A DNA stretch of 63,576 bases, counting the filler. It is 5 parts of 5 records of this genome, joined end to end, with 100 filler letters (N's around TTAATTAATTAA, not from the genome) between each part and the next. Parts side by side here need not be neighbours in the genome. Positions count along the whole stretch, not along the records: positions 1 to 21,346 come from DRR723986_5093; positions 21,447 to 29,662 come from DRR723986_5097; 3 more parts are not named here. One strand, 5' to 3'. A program made the translations under genes and the position numbers. Positions 18,646 to 29,141 of this stretch are shown here, piece after piece. The notes below the pieces were generated by a model that saw only the letters and a list, made by a program, of their open reading frames with translations, was not told where the DNA came from and ran no database searches. Numbering within the stretch: the stretch's first letter is position 1; each line of letters opens with the position of its first letter.

Positions 18646-19887
18646 ATGAAACGCTGGCAGATGATCCTTTTCAGCCTCTTGCTTCTGCTGACAAACTTCA
18701 CGCCTGCCTTCGCGCATTTTTCGGAAGGTACCAAGGTGCGCACGCTTCTGGTCTCCCGTGAAGGTGACACGCTTACAGTTTATGTGCGGGCGCCCGCTCC
18801 GCTTGTCTTCTCGGATCTCGTCGGTCGCTCGCAGGTCGAACAGGTACCACTGGTCTCGCCGTTTCTTCGCCTGGAGCAAAACCCGGACGGTGAGCGCTAC
18901 CGGGTTGATCTCGGCGCAATCGACAGCAATCGATCTGCCTTTGAAAACCGGCTGCGCAACGCCCTCGTCTTTTCGCAGGCGGGCCTTGCCCTGCCGGTGG
19001 AGATCATCGGGTTTACGGTTCACGCCAGTCGACCTGATCAGGACATCGACACAGCTGTTGCCGCCCAATCCGCGTTGAGCGAAGCTTTCCCGAATGAAGA
19101 CCCGCTCTTTGGTACGGCAGTCATCGACTACGCGCTCAGGCTGGAAAGCAGCGATCCGACCGGTGTCCTTCAGGTGCAGTCCGGGTACGTTCCCCTGATC
19201 CCGGGGCCCGGCATAGCCATCGACAACCACCTGATTGATACCCGCATCACCCCTTCGGTTTCGACCACGGCTCCCGGGCAACTGGAAGAACCTGCGCGGT
19301 TCGACGGATCCCGACTGAGCACGTTTCTGCATTTCATCCACCAGGGTACCCTGCATATTCTGGAAGGCCTTGATCACGTCTTTCTGGTGATTGCGCTGGC
19401 TCTGGGCGTCGGGGCAACGCGGAGACTGATTTACCTCGTCACCGCCTTCACGATCGGGCACTCAGTCACGCTGATTGCCACGTTCCTCGGGGCAACACCT
19501 TCCTGGCCATGGTTCATCCCGCTGGTGGAGACGGCCATTGCCGCTTCCGTTCTTTATGCGGCCATCGCGGCAATGGTCCGGAAGTCGGGCTCGGTGATCG
19601 TCTTCGCCGCGATCGGCCTGTTGCACGGCCTCGGCTTTTCCTTCGTTCTTGCGGACATTCTCGGCCGGGGCGCACCGGATCTCATACCCGCGCTGCTGGC
19701 ATTCAACATCGGCATCGAATTTGGCCAGCTGATCATTCTCGCCGTAACGCTCTCCATCGTCCTGCTTCTGCGAAAGACAGCTGAACCCGCCCTGCAACCC
19801 TTGAGGCTCGGCGCGCTGTCGGGGATTGCGATCCTGTCGGCCTGGTGGGTCATCGAGCGCCTGCCCGGATTGCTGATTTCGGCCTGA
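18646..19887 (+). CDS. HupE/UreJ-family membrane protein with large N-terminal periplasmic domain
   Basis: Signal peptide AFA-H; C-terminal G..HILEGLDH, TAFTIGHS.TL, GLLHGLGF, FNIGIE.GQ. Confidence 0.88.
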   Translation: MKRWQMILFSLLLLLTNFTPAFAHFSEGTKVRTLLVSREGDTLTVYVRAPAPLVFSDLVGRSQVEQVPLVSPFLRLEQNPDGERYRVDLGAIDSNRSAFENRLRNALVFSQAGLALPVEIIGFTVHASRPDQDIDTAVAAQSALSEAFPNEDPLFGTAVIDYALRLESSDPTGVLQVQSGYVPLIPGPGIAIDNHLIDTRITPSVSTTAPGQLEEPARFDGSRLSTFLHFIHQGTLHILEGLDHVFLVIALALGVGATRRLIYLVTAFTIGHSVTLIATFLGATPSWPWFIPLVETAIAASVLYAAIAAMVRKSGSVIVFAAIGLLHGLGFSFVLADILGRGAPDLIPALLAFNIGIEFGQLIILAVTLSIVLLLRKTAEPALQPLRLGALSGIAILSAWWVIERLPGLLISA

Positions 19888-20041
19888 CTTGAGGGCGCTT
19901 CATGGCTATTTCAGGCAAAAAACACCCTAAAAAGACACAAAAAGCTGATTAATCTGCCGGGTTAAGCGCCGTTAATTCTAACAATTGACTTGTTCTTAAT
20001 CCCGACCGTGCAACTTGGGCGGAATAATAATTGGCAATGAA

Positions 20042-21346
20042 ATGGCTCGTCACGGTACCTCGCCCAATACCCGCCCACTATTAAAAGGCTCTCTTGCAGG
20101 CCTCGCGACGGTTGCCGTCATGTTGCTTATAGCCTGGGCCGGTGTCGCCTATGACGGGCAAAGCGAACTGCAGAAACAGACGGCAGACCTTCTTGGCATC
20201 TGGCAGTCCAACATAGACCGTGGAAACAAGCTCTACGGAGCGCTGGAAAGACTTCCCGAAGACGATTGCAGCGATGCGCATCTGAAAACGCTGAACACGC
20301 TCGTCTACAACGACAATCACATTACCAATATCTGGTTTTTTCCGAACGGCGACACGAACGCCGCCTGCTCTTCGAGCTTCGGACGTTTCGAACCTGCCCA
20401 CGATTTCGGCCCGCCTGAAAAGGCGCAACTGTTCCGCGATGGCAGGGAGACCTGGTACAGGGTGCCCTTCGACAAGGCCGAGGGTGTCGACAGCGTTACA
20501 GTGATCAAGAAGGGCCGCTACGGCGTTTCATTCTATCAGACCGGCAACCTGGCAACGGCCGCCGACGACATGTTCTATGTGTCGAGTGTTGAAGACCCTT
20601 ACACGGTTCTGTTCCACGCCAATGGAAACGCGGGCCTTCTGAAGCAATACCGCGACAACTACGGCCCGATGTTCGGCAACGTCTACGCACAGGCCTGCGG
20701 CGAAGGCGATGTCAGGCTGTGTTACCTGACCATGATCCCTGCCAGCCGGATCGTTCAGCAAAATATCGGCCTGCTCGCAATTTTTGCAGTCTTCGGCATC
20801 GTCACCGGCGCGCTCGTTTTCCTGAGGGTCAAACGGATCGTGCGTGACCGCCACAGTCCCGCCGGGCGGATCCGTCACGCGATCGCCAACGGCGGCAAAG
20901 GTTTCGAGCCGCACTACCAGCCCATCTTGTCGCTCGACACGATGAAATGCGAAGGCTGTGAGGTTCTGGCCCGGTTCGAAGATGCCCAGGGCAAGCTTTT
21001 CCCGGATGAATTCGTAAACATAATCCAGCAGGAGAACCTGACCTGGGAGTTTACCGAGATCATCATCGCCAAGGCACTGCGCGACCTGAAACCGCTGCTT
21101 GCGGGACGGCCGGGTTTCAAGGTGTCAGTCAATTTCTTCCAGGCGGATCTCGAAGACGAACAGATCCAGTCCGTTATTCAGTCGCCGGTTTTTGCGATGG
21201 CGACAGAAGCCGGTCTTTCCCTGTGCTGCGAGATCCTGGAAACCGGGATCCGGTCCGGTACCAGCATTGCAAAATCACTGGAATACCTGCGAAGCATCGG
21301 CTGCCTGATCGCAATTGACGATTTCGGCACCGGCTATTCCAACCTT
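20042..21346 (+). CDS. CSS-motif / EAL c-di-GMP phosphodiesterase, truncated at contig end
   Basis: TM-periplasmic (CS..HL and ACSS)-TM, then YQPI, EVLAR, SVN, IDDFGTGYSNL. Confidence 0.88.
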
Positions 21347-21446
21347 NNNNNNNNNNNNNNNNNNNNNNNNNNNNNNNNNNNNNNNNNNNNTTAATTAATT
21401 AANNNNNNNNNNNNNNNNNNNNNNNNNNNNNNNNNNNNNNNNNNNN
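21347..21446. other. Artificial contig spacer
   Basis: N-run, TTAATTAATTAA (stops in all six frames), N-run; 100 bp. Confidence 0.99.
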
Positions 21447-21553
21447 CGTTTCTTCTTGGCCCAAATACCGCTGCACCCCGCTCTCCGCTTGCGCAACATC
21501 CGGGTCGCGAGACCCCAGGCCCCGGTCTATCCTGCCCCGAAAGGAGAGCCGCC

Positions 21554-22396
21554 ATGCCCAAGGACGACACCGACAGCTACCATTATCAGGTCATGGCCCG
21601 CGCCATAGAGGTGGTGGATCGGCTCGGACCGCAGGCCACGCTGGACCAGATCGCCGCCCGGATGGGCATGAGCGCCGCGCATTTCCAGCGCCTCTTCAGC
21701 GCCTGGGCCGGGGTCTCGCCGAAACGCTACCAACAATACCTGACCCTTGGCCATGCCAAGCGCCTGCTGGCAGAGCGTTTCACCACGCTGGATACCGCCT
21801 TGGCCACCGGCCTCTCGGGCGGCGGCCGGTTGCACGACCTCTTCCTGCGCTGGGACGCGATGAGCCCCGGAGACTTCGCCCGCGCGGGCGAGGGGCTGAC
21901 GATCTTCTGGGGCTGGTTCGAAAGCCCCTTCGGCCCGGCGCTGGTCATGGGCACCGACCGGGGCCTCTGCGGCATCGCCTTCGCCGCCGAGACGACGGCA
22001 GAGGCAGCGATGGAGGATCTCGTCTCGCGCTGGCCCAAGGCCCTTTTTTGCGAGGACCCCATGCGTCTGCGCCCTTGGGTCCTAAGGGCCTTCGGCGTCG
22101 CGCAGGACGGGCCGGTGCCGCTTTTCCTGATCGGCGCGCCCTTCCAGATCAAGGTCTGGGAGGCGCTGATGCAGATCCCCTCGGGCCATGTCACCACCTA
22201 TTCGGAAATCGCTCAGGCCGTCGGCCACCCCAAGGCGGTGCGCGCGGTCGGAACCGCGGTCGGACGCAACCCGATCAGCTACCTGATCCCCTGCCACCGC
22301 GCCCTGCGCAAATCCGGCGGCCTTGGCGGCTACCATTGGGGACTGCCGGTGAAACGCGCCATCCTCGCGCGCGAGGCGGCGCGGCTGGAGGCCTGA
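21554..22396 (+). CDS. ada: AraC-type HTH fused to O6-methylguanine-DNA methyltransferase (Ada/Ogt-like)
   Basis: HFQRLF..WAGVSPK HTH; FQ.KVW.AL..IP.G...TY, IPCHR active site; no N-terminal Ada Zn domain. Confidence 0.88.
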   Translation: MPKDDTDSYHYQVMARAIEVVDRLGPQATLDQIAARMGMSAAHFQRLFSAWAGVSPKRYQQYLTLGHAKRLLAERFTTLDTALATGLSGGGRLHDLFLRWDAMSPGDFARAGEGLTIFWGWFESPFGPALVMGTDRGLCGIAFAAETTAEAAMEDLVSRWPKALFCEDPMRLRPWVLRAFGVAQDGPVPLFLIGAPFQIKVWEALMQIPSGHVTTYSEIAQAVGHPKAVRAVGTAVGRNPISYLIPCHRALRKSGGLGGYHWGLPVKRAILAREAARLEA

Positions 22397-22562
22397 GGCC
22401 CCGCCCCCGAGACCCCAAGGCCGGGCACCATTCCGCCGATCGGGGCGCGGTTGCCGATTTTCACGGTGACAGCGGTCGCACGGCCTCTACATACGGGTTA
22501 CATATGCGTAAATGCCCGGAAACCGGGCATCAGATCCCAATGCGGAAGAGGCACAGTACACC

Positions 22563-23231
22563 ATGATCCGAGCACGCAACCCCATCCTGATCTCCGCCGG
22601 TCTGGCGCTGGCGCTGGCCGGCTGTACCGATGGCAGCGGCATGTTCCAGAACGACCCCAACCAGAAGGCCAAGCAGGGCGCCCTGATCGGCGCCGCGGCC
22701 GGTGCCCTTGCCGGGCGCGCCGCGGGCGGCGGCGACTCGGGTGAGCGCAACCGCGCCACGGTCGCCGGCGCCCTCGTCGGTGCCGCTGCCGGTGCCGCCA
22801 TCGGCAACCAGCTGGACAAGCAGGCCGCGGAACTGCGCCAGCAGCTTGGCTCCGAGGTCGACATCCGCAACACCGGCGACCGCCTGATCGTCACCATGCC
22901 GCAGGACATCCTGTTCGCCACCGACAGCGCCGACCTGCGTCCGACGCTGATCTCGGACCTGCGTGACGTGGCGCAGAGCCTGTTGGCCTACCCGAACACC
23001 ACCGCTCAGGTCATCGGCCACACCGATTCCGACGGCGACGCCTCGTACAACCTGAACCTGTCGCAGCGTCGCGCGCAGTCCGTCGCGAACGTGCTGATCT
23101 CGGGCGGCGTCCCGACCTCGCGTCTCAGCGTTGTCGGCCGTGGCGAGGACCAGCCGATCGCGTCGAACCTGACCGCGGAAGGCAAGGCCCAGAACCGCCG
23201 GGTCGAGATCGTGATCCTGCCGAACGCCTGA
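22563..23231 (+). CDS. OmpA-family lipoprotein with glycine zipper (YiaD-like)
   Basis: Lipobox LAGC, Gly-zipper, GHTD, N..LS.RRA, NRRVEI. Confidence 0.93.
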   Translation: MIRARNPILISAGLALALAGCTDGSGMFQNDPNQKAKQGALIGAAAGALAGRAAGGGDSGERNRATVAGALVGAAAGAAIGNQLDKQAAELRQQLGSEVDIRNTGDRLIVTMPQDILFATDSADLRPTLISDLRDVAQSLLAYPNTTAQVIGHTDSDGDASYNLNLSQRRAQSVANVLISGGVPTSRLSVVGRGEDQPIASNLTAEGKAQNRRVEIVILPNA

Positions 23232-23255
23232 TCGGGCGCCGACAGACGACATACC

Positions 23256-23288
23256 AAGGGCGCCGCGAGCCACGCGGCGCCCTTTTTT
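23256..23288 (+). terminator. Rho-independent terminator
   Basis: AAGGGCGCCGCG-AGCCA-CGCGGCGCCCTT followed by T-tract, just after the OmpA gene. Confidence 0.85.
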
Positions 23289-23559
23289 CATGTCTGGAGT
23301 GGGGGCGATACCTCGACCGGCGCCCGCCCGCAGGTCCCCCGGATGCAGCGGCGGACCGCCCCCCGCAAGATGCGCTGGCCCATCGGCAGTCGGACCGTCA
23401 CAGGCCACCGCCGGATGTGGAGAAGGCGCACGGCGCCAGAACATCGCAAGGGGTCAGAGCGCGATCGCCGAGGCGTCCATCGGAGAGGGCTTCGGGCGCC
23501 CGTTCAGGCGGGGCACGGCGTAACGGTCAGGCGCCCCGCACCAGCCGAAGGGCAAAGCC

Positions 23560-24252
23560 TCAGCAGCCGGTGCCGCGAAGGACCACACGCACGGTCTTGA
23601 GAATCACGCCAAGGTCGGTCCGGAACGAAACCTTCCGCAGGTAGGCGGTGTCGTACCGGGCGCGGTCCATGAAGGAACTCTCGTTGCGGACCGAGATCTG
23701 CCAGAAGCCGGTCAACCCGGGGCGCAGCGCGTAATAGGCGGTGCCGGGATAAAGATCCGTCTGGCTCGTCAGCATCGGACGCGGGCCGACAAGGCTCATG
23801 TCGCCCTTCAGCACGTTCCACAGCTGCGGCAGCTCATCCATGGAGGACTTCCGGATGACCTTGCCGATCCATGTGATCCGGGGATCGTTGCGCAGCTTCT
23901 GCGCATGGGCCCATTCGGCCCGGGCCGCCGGATCCTCCTCGAGATGCCGGGCCAGCAGGGCGTCGGCATTGTGGACCATCGAGCGCAGCTTCAGCATCCG
24001 GAAGGTCCGCCCGCCACGCCCCACCCGCTCTTGCCAATAGAACGGAGACCGCCCATCCAGCGCCACAAGCGCGCCCAGCACCGCCACGATCACAAGGGCC
24101 GGGAACGCGGTGAACAGCACGAGCGTCACGTCGAGAAAGCGCTTCAGGCCGTTGCGATAGACCCGGCCGCGGGACGAAACCGAAAGGATCTCGTCCACGA
24201 GTGCGTCGATTTCGGAGGCCGCGGGGATCGGCTGGCGCATGTGCAAAGTCAA
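23560..24252 (-). CDS. Priming sugar transferase (undecaprenyl-phosphate glycosylphosphotransferase, ExoY/WcaJ type)
   Basis: KRFLD, F.M.KLRSM, DPRIT, DELPQL.NVLKGDMSLVGPRP, PGLTG.WQ; TTG start at 24252 with GGAGAG RBS (ATG 24240 is an alternative). Confidence 0.92.
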   Translation of the reverse strand: MTLHMRQPIPAASEIDALVDEILSVSSRGRVYRNGLKRFLDVTLVLFTAFPALVIVAVLGALVALDGRSPFYWQERVGRGGRTFRMLKLRSMVHNADALLARHLEEDPAARAEWAHAQKLRNDPRITWIGKVIRKSSMDELPQLWNVLKGDMSLVGPRPMLTSQTDLYPGTAYYALRPGLTGFWQISVRNESSFMDRARYDTAYLRKVSFRTDLGVILKTVRVVLRGTGC

Positions 24253-25115
24253 GTTACTCTCCTTCGAGTCACTTTTCCACGAGAGGCGGGCCCGACCGTC
24301 AGGTCTGTTCCGGCAGGCCCCCAAGGGACGTTTGCACGGCGTTCCTGCCGTTGCCTGCCTGGACGTCGAAGACTGACGCTGCGCGGACCGCGCTTTCCCA
24401 ATTCAAAACTTGCACCAGCCCCCCAGCGCAGCATTTGGGCAAATTGAGACCAAAATCTGTCAAATTCGCCACAGTCCGATCTTATGATGCCGCAGGGGCG
24501 ATCCGTCAACATTGCCGAGAGACCACCCCAATAGGTTGAATTCGTTGAATTGCCGCGGGGCCGAAGCCTTCGGATCGCCCGGGTATTCCGGCCCTCCGCC
24601 CCACCCCAAAACCGGCGGGCCGCGCCCATCGCGCTCCGTCTGCCCGGGTCGACAATCCGGTGAACTGTGCCCTCCTGTTCCCGCGCAAACGCGCGCTTTT
24701 TCGGACGATTTGAGGACAATCGTGTGAAATTTGATCATCTGGTCAGCGACCCGCGTCATTCGCGCCATTCCGAATGCGATTAGCCTTGCCGGGGCGTGAA
24801 CAATCCCCGGCCCGCAGATCGACCCGGACGCTGGTTCCTGGCTCTCTCCCGTCACATCTGCGGGCCATTTCCGGGGATTCCGCAGGACAGCCTGCGGAAG
24901 AGCAGCGGCGCTCACGGAATGTTACAACCCCGTGCAAACCCGTGAACCAACGGCCCGAATCACGTCAGCCGGCAGCCACAGTTTTGCCCGAATCCTGCCC
25001 TGCCCACCCCGACCGGCGCGATGTGCCCGCCGCAACATCTCCCGGGCCAGAGTTGAAACACCCCGCACCCGGCGATATGTGCAGAGGGGACAAGAGCGCG
25101 ATGCCCGGGGTTGCC

Positions 25116-25730
25116 GTGACGAATTTTCTGCACAGGGGCGACCTGCCCGACGATCTGGATCTTGGCGCGGTCGTGGCCATCGATTGCGAGACCATGGGCC
25201 TCAATCCGCATCGCGACCGGCTTTGCGTCGTGCAGCTCTCCGCCGGGGACGGCAATGCTCACCTCGTGCAGATCGCCCCCGACCAGACCGATGCGCCAAA
25301 CCTTGCCCGCCTCGTCGAGGATCCGGAGGTGCTGAAGCTCTTCCACTTCGGCCGGTTCGACATCGCCGCCATCTACAACACCTTCGGCGCATTGGCCGCG
25401 CCGGTCTGGTGCACCAAGATCGCCAGCCGCCTCGTGCGGACCTACACCGACCGCCACGGCCTGCGAAACCTGACGCAAGAGCTTCTGGGCGTAGACATCT
25501 CGAAACAACAGCAGTCCAGCGACTGGGGCGCAGAGGCCCTGACGGAAGCGCAACTGGCCTATGCCGCCTCGGACGTGCTCCACCTGCACCGCCTGCGCGA
25601 GGCGCTCACCGCCATGCTGGAACGCGAGGGCCGGGCCGAGATCGCCGGCGCCTGCTTCGACTTCCTCCCTGCCCGAGCGTTGCTGGACCTCGAAGGCTGG
25701 CCCGACACGGATATCTTCGCCCATGCCTGA
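25116..25730 (+). CDS. rnd: Ribonuclease D-like 3'-5' exonuclease
   Basis: DEDDy motifs AIDCETMGL, FHFGRFD, YAASDV; start GTG 25116 or ATG 25101. Confidence 0.88.
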   Translation: MTNFLHRGDLPDDLDLGAVVAIDCETMGLNPHRDRLCVVQLSAGDGNAHLVQIAPDQTDAPNLARLVEDPEVLKLFHFGRFDIAAIYNTFGALAAPVWCTKIASRLVRTYTDRHGLRNLTQELLGVDISKQQQSSDWGAEALTEAQLAYAASDVLHLHRLREALTAMLEREGRAEIAGACFDFLPARALLDLEGWPDTDIFAHA

Positions 25731-25743
25731 GGCGGGCTGAGCC

Positions 25744-26361
25744 ATGGCCCGCGCGCAGGGTCTGTATTCGCGGATGATCGCATGGGCCAAGATCGTCCTG
25801 CCCTTGGTCGCGCTTGCGCTGCTGTCGACGATCTTCCTGCTGTCCGACCGGCGCGAACCCATGGAAACGGTGCCCTTCGCCGAAGCCCTGCAGGACGGAG
25901 AGACCACGCGCGAAGGCGTTTCCGCTCCCTATTACTCGGGCAAGACGCAACGCGGGGACCTGCTGACCATGACCGCCACCCGCGCCCGCCCGCAAAGCGA
26001 CGGCCGCATCATCGCCGATGACCTCGCCGCCGCCATGCGCCTCACCGATGGCAGCGAGATCCTGCTGGACGCGCAATCCGCCACGCTGACGGACGCCGAG
26101 GACGGCGCCCTGCTGGAGGGCGGCGTGCGCATCCGAAGCTCCACCGGCTACAGCCTCGACACCGACGCCATGACCTCTGCCCTCGACCGGATCGAGGCGG
26201 AAACCCTTGGCCCCGTCAGCGGAGCGGGCCCTCTTGGCACGCTGGAGGCCGGGCGCATGCGCATAGCGACGACCGGCGAGGTCGGGGACGTGCAATTGCT
26301 GTTCACCGAAGGCGTAAAGCTGATATATCAGCCGCCAGAAGAAGAGAGTTCCTCCGAATGA
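25744..26361 (+). CDS. lptC: LPS export protein LptC
   Basis: Single N-terminal TM (K..LPL.AL.LLSTIF), beta-rich body, upstream of lptA. Confidence 0.82.
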   Translation: MARAQGLYSRMIAWAKIVLPLVALALLSTIFLLSDRREPMETVPFAEALQDGETTREGVSAPYYSGKTQRGDLLTMTATRARPQSDGRIIADDLAAAMRLTDGSEILLDAQSATLTDAEDGALLEGGVRIRSSTGYSLDTDAMTSALDRIEAETLGPVSGAGPLGTLEAGRMRIATTGEVGDVQLLFTEGVKLIYQPPEEESSSE

Positions 26362-26864
26362 TGCGCCTTGCCCTTGCCGCCGCGCTTGCGCTGCTTCCCC
26401 TGACCGCCTTCGCCCAGCAGGGCGCGCAGGTCCAGTTCGGCGGGATGCAGCAGGACACCCGCGCCCCCGTCGAAGTGACCGCCGACCAGTTGCAGGTCAA
26501 CCAGTCCGACGGCACCGCGCTCTATACCGGCAACGTCATCATCGCGCAGGGCGACATGCGCCTTTCGGCCCCCCGCGTGCTGGTGGTCTATGCCGAGGCC
26601 GCCGGCCGGATCGAGCGGTTGGAGGCGACGGGCGGCGTCGTCATGGTCAGCGGCTCCGAGGCGGCAGAGGCCGACCGCGCCGATTACAACATCGAACAGG
26701 GGCAGGTCGTCATGTCCGGCAACGTGCTGCTGACGCAGGGGCCGAACGCCCTGACCTCCGAGCGGATGACCGTCAACCTCGAGGACGGCACCGCGCAGAT
26801 GTCGGGCCGGGTGAAGACCGTGCTTCAGCAGCAGGACGATGCGCAGACAGGCGGGGGGCAGTAA
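26358..26864 (+). CDS. lptA: LPS transport periplasmic protein LptA
   Basis: Signal peptide, PVEVTAD.L, GNV...QG OstA repeats. Confidence 0.92.
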   Translation: MMRLALAAALALLPLTAFAQQGAQVQFGGMQQDTRAPVEVTADQLQVNQSDGTALYTGNVIIAQGDMRLSAPRVLVVYAEAAGRIERLEATGGVVMVSGSEAAEADRADYNIEQGQVVMSGNVLLTQGPNALTSERMTVNLEDGTAQMSGRVKTVLQQQDDAQTGGGQ

Positions 26865-27623
26865 TTGGCCCAACCCGATCTGACCGTGACCGAGGGGGAC
26901 AGCGGCCTGCGCGTCTCGCACCTGCGCAAGAGCTACCGCAAGCGCGTCGTCATCCGCGACGTGACCATGCGGCTCGACCGCGGTGAGGTCGTCGCCCTGC
27001 TGGGTCCGAACGGGTCGGGCAAGACCACCTCCTTCTACGCCATCGCCGGATTGGTGAACCCCGATGCCGGGCAGGTCCTCATCGACGGGCGCGACGCGAC
27101 CTATCTGCCGATGTACCGCCGCGCGCGGCTGGGGATCGGCTACCTCCCGCAGGAGATGTCGATCTTTCGCGGCCTCAGCGTCGAGGACAACATCGGCGCC
27201 GTGCTCGACATTTCCGTCCGCGACAACCAGCAAAAGCGCGAGCGGCTCGAGGAATTGCTGGGCGAGTTCTCGATCGAGCACCTGCGCCGCGCGCCCGCCC
27301 TGGCGCTGTCGGGGGGCGAACGGCGCCGGGTCGAGATCGCCCGCTGTCTGGCCGCAAATCCCAAGTACCTGCTGCTCGACGAACCCTTCGCGGGGGTCGA
27401 TCCCATCAGCGTCGGCGACATCCGCCACCTTGTCGCCGACCTCAAGACCCGGGGCATCGGCGTGCTCATCACCGACCACAACGTGCGCGAAACGCTCGAG
27501 ATCGTGGATCGCGCCTATATCCTGCACGATGGCACCGTGCTGATGTCCGGGACCCCCGAAGAGGTCGTGCAGAACGAGAACGTGCGCCGCGTCTATCTGG
27601 GCGACAACTTTCGCTTTGGTTAA
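26865..27623 (+). CDS. lptB: LPS export ABC ATPase LptB
   Basis: [40 protein letters not shown]. Confidence 0.96.
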   Translation: MAQPDLTVTEGDSGLRVSHLRKSYRKRVVIRDVTMRLDRGEVVALLGPNGSGKTTSFYAIAGLVNPDAGQVLIDGRDATYLPMYRRARLGIGYLPQEMSIFRGLSVEDNIGAVLDISVRDNQQKRERLEELLGEFSIEHLRRAPALALSGGERRRVEIARCLAANPKYLLLDEPFAGVDPISVGDIRHLVADLKTRGIGVLITDHNVRETLEIVDRAYILHDGTVLMSGTPEEVVQNENVRRVYLGDNFRFG

Positions 27624-27885
27624 GATCCTCCCCGGACATTCTGTTGCCGCCGAACGTGACGGTCCCGTGACGGTTTCGATTGACAGGCACACCGCTTTGC
27701 AACTCAAATGAGAGCATGGTGCATCCAGATGCTGACAGGCTGACCGGCATGATCCTCGATCCCGAGGCCGGGTTTGCCCAATCCGCAACCATGCATCTTC
27801 CCTAGCGTTCTACAGGACATGCTCCACGGGGGGACTCCCCTCGCCGGGGGCATATCGTGTCGGACCATGACGTAAAGGAAACACA

Positions 27886-28449
27886 ATGCGGTATCAGATC
27901 ACCGGAAAGCAGATCGACGTGGGCGAAGCGCTTCAGACCCATGTCACCAACGAGCTGGGCTCCATGCTGGAGAAATATTCCCAGCGCCCGACCGATGCGA
28001 ACGTGATCTTTTCGAGGGCCGGGCACGAGTATGTCTGCGAAGTCATCGTGCACCTGTCGAGCGGTCTGAACGCCGCCGCCAAGGGTCATGCCTCGGAAAT
28101 CTATGCAGCTTTCGAATCCTGCAACGAGAAGATGGACAAGCAGCTGCGCCGCTACAAGCGCCGTCTGAAGGACCATCACAAGGACCGCGCCGGTCCTGTT
28201 GAACATTTCGGTGCGTCCTCGTATATCCTCGCCGGAGAAACGGATTCGGACGATGCAGAGCCGGAGACGTTGCAGCCGATGATCGTGGCCGAGATGGAGG
28301 CCAAGATCCCCTCGCTGTCCGTCGGTGAGGCGGTGATGCAGATGGAACTCGCAGGCGCGCCCGTCCTGGTGTTTCGGAACGAAAAGAAGGAATGCGTGAA
28401 CGTCGTGTACCGCCGCGACGATGGCAATATCGGCTGGATCGACCCGTAA
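27886..28449 (+). CDS. hpf: Ribosome hibernation promoting factor (long HPF/RaiA)
   Basis: ITGKQIDVG, KQLRRYKRRLK, NVVYRR.DGNIGWIDP. Confidence 0.94.
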   Translation: MRYQITGKQIDVGEALQTHVTNELGSMLEKYSQRPTDANVIFSRAGHEYVCEVIVHLSSGLNAAAKGHASEIYAAFESCNEKMDKQLRRYKRRLKDHHKDRAGPVEHFGASSYILAGETDSDDAEPETLQPMIVAEMEAKIPSLSVGEAVMQMELAGAPVLVFRNEKKECVNVVYRRDDGNIGWIDP

Positions 28450-28503
28450 TATCGGGGGCGGTCTCACGCTTCGGGCAAGGCTCAACAATATAACAGGCAC
28501 GGC

Positions 28504-28968
28504 ATGAAGTTTATCGACCTTCTGAAAAGCGACGCCATCAAGGTTGTCCAATCAACCTCGAGCAAGAAACGCCTGCTCCACGATGTCGCCGAACTTGCAG
28601 AAAGTGCCTACGGGCTCGAGAGCCAGACCACGATCGAGGCTTTGCTCGAGCGTGAATCGCTTGGGCCGACCGGGGTGGGGCATGGTGTTGCCCTGCCCCA
28701 CGCCCGGCTTCAGGGGCTGGAAAAGGTCGCCGGGGTCTTCATCCTGCTGGATCGCCCGGTGGATTTCGATTCCGTCGACCGGCAGCCGGTGGATCTCGTG
28801 TTCGGGCTGTTCGCGCCCGAGGATGCCGGCGTCGAACATCTGAAGGCGCTGGCGTTGGTCTCGCGCTCGCTGCGTGATCCCAGCCTGTGCAGCAAGCTGC
28901 GGGCGAACCCCGACCCGGCGACGCTTTACACGATCCTCACCGAATCCGAGGCGGTCAAGGCCGCCTGA
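28504..28968 (+). CDS. ptsN: PTS IIA-Ntr
   Basis: RE.LGPTGVG.GVALPHAR, D.QPVDL.F.L, HLKAL. Confidence 0.93.
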   Translation: MKFIDLLKSDAIKVVQSTSSKKRLLHDVAELAESAYGLESQTTIEALLERESLGPTGVGHGVALPHARLQGLEKVAGVFILLDRPVDFDSVDRQPVDLVFGLFAPEDAGVEHLKALALVSRSLRDPSLCSKLRANPDPATLYTILTESEAVKAA

Positions 28969-29141
28969 CGGCCGTCCGCCGGCCCGCCTGCGGGGCTTGA
29001 CCGGGGCCGTGCGCCTGTCCGCATAGGGTTCGAGGGCACGGTTTTCCGTTGAAATTCAGCGCCTTCGCTTGCCGATGCTCCGTCCGGCGCCGGCGGGTGG
29101 GCGCTTTTGCGCGCCGCGCAAACAAAGCCGCCCGGCCGGCA

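Noticed and set aside
19949-19975. TTAA clusters upstream of the EAL gene (and near 4070-4090) as CtrA boxes
   Set aside because: Spacings are 6, 9 or 11 nt, not the TTAA-N7-TTAA consensus.
21391-21402. TTAATTAATTAA palindrome repeated four times
   Set aside because: Artificial six-frame-stop linker inside N-runs, not biological.
21554-22396. Ada-like protein lacking the N-terminal Zn/phosphotriester domain as a truncation
   Set aside because: It has its own RBS and start, and the HTH-methyltransferase architecture is common in alphaproteobacteria.
27624-27885. No rpoN between lptB and hpf
   Set aside because: As I recall, this layout is usual in Rhodobacteraceae, and no remnant is visible.
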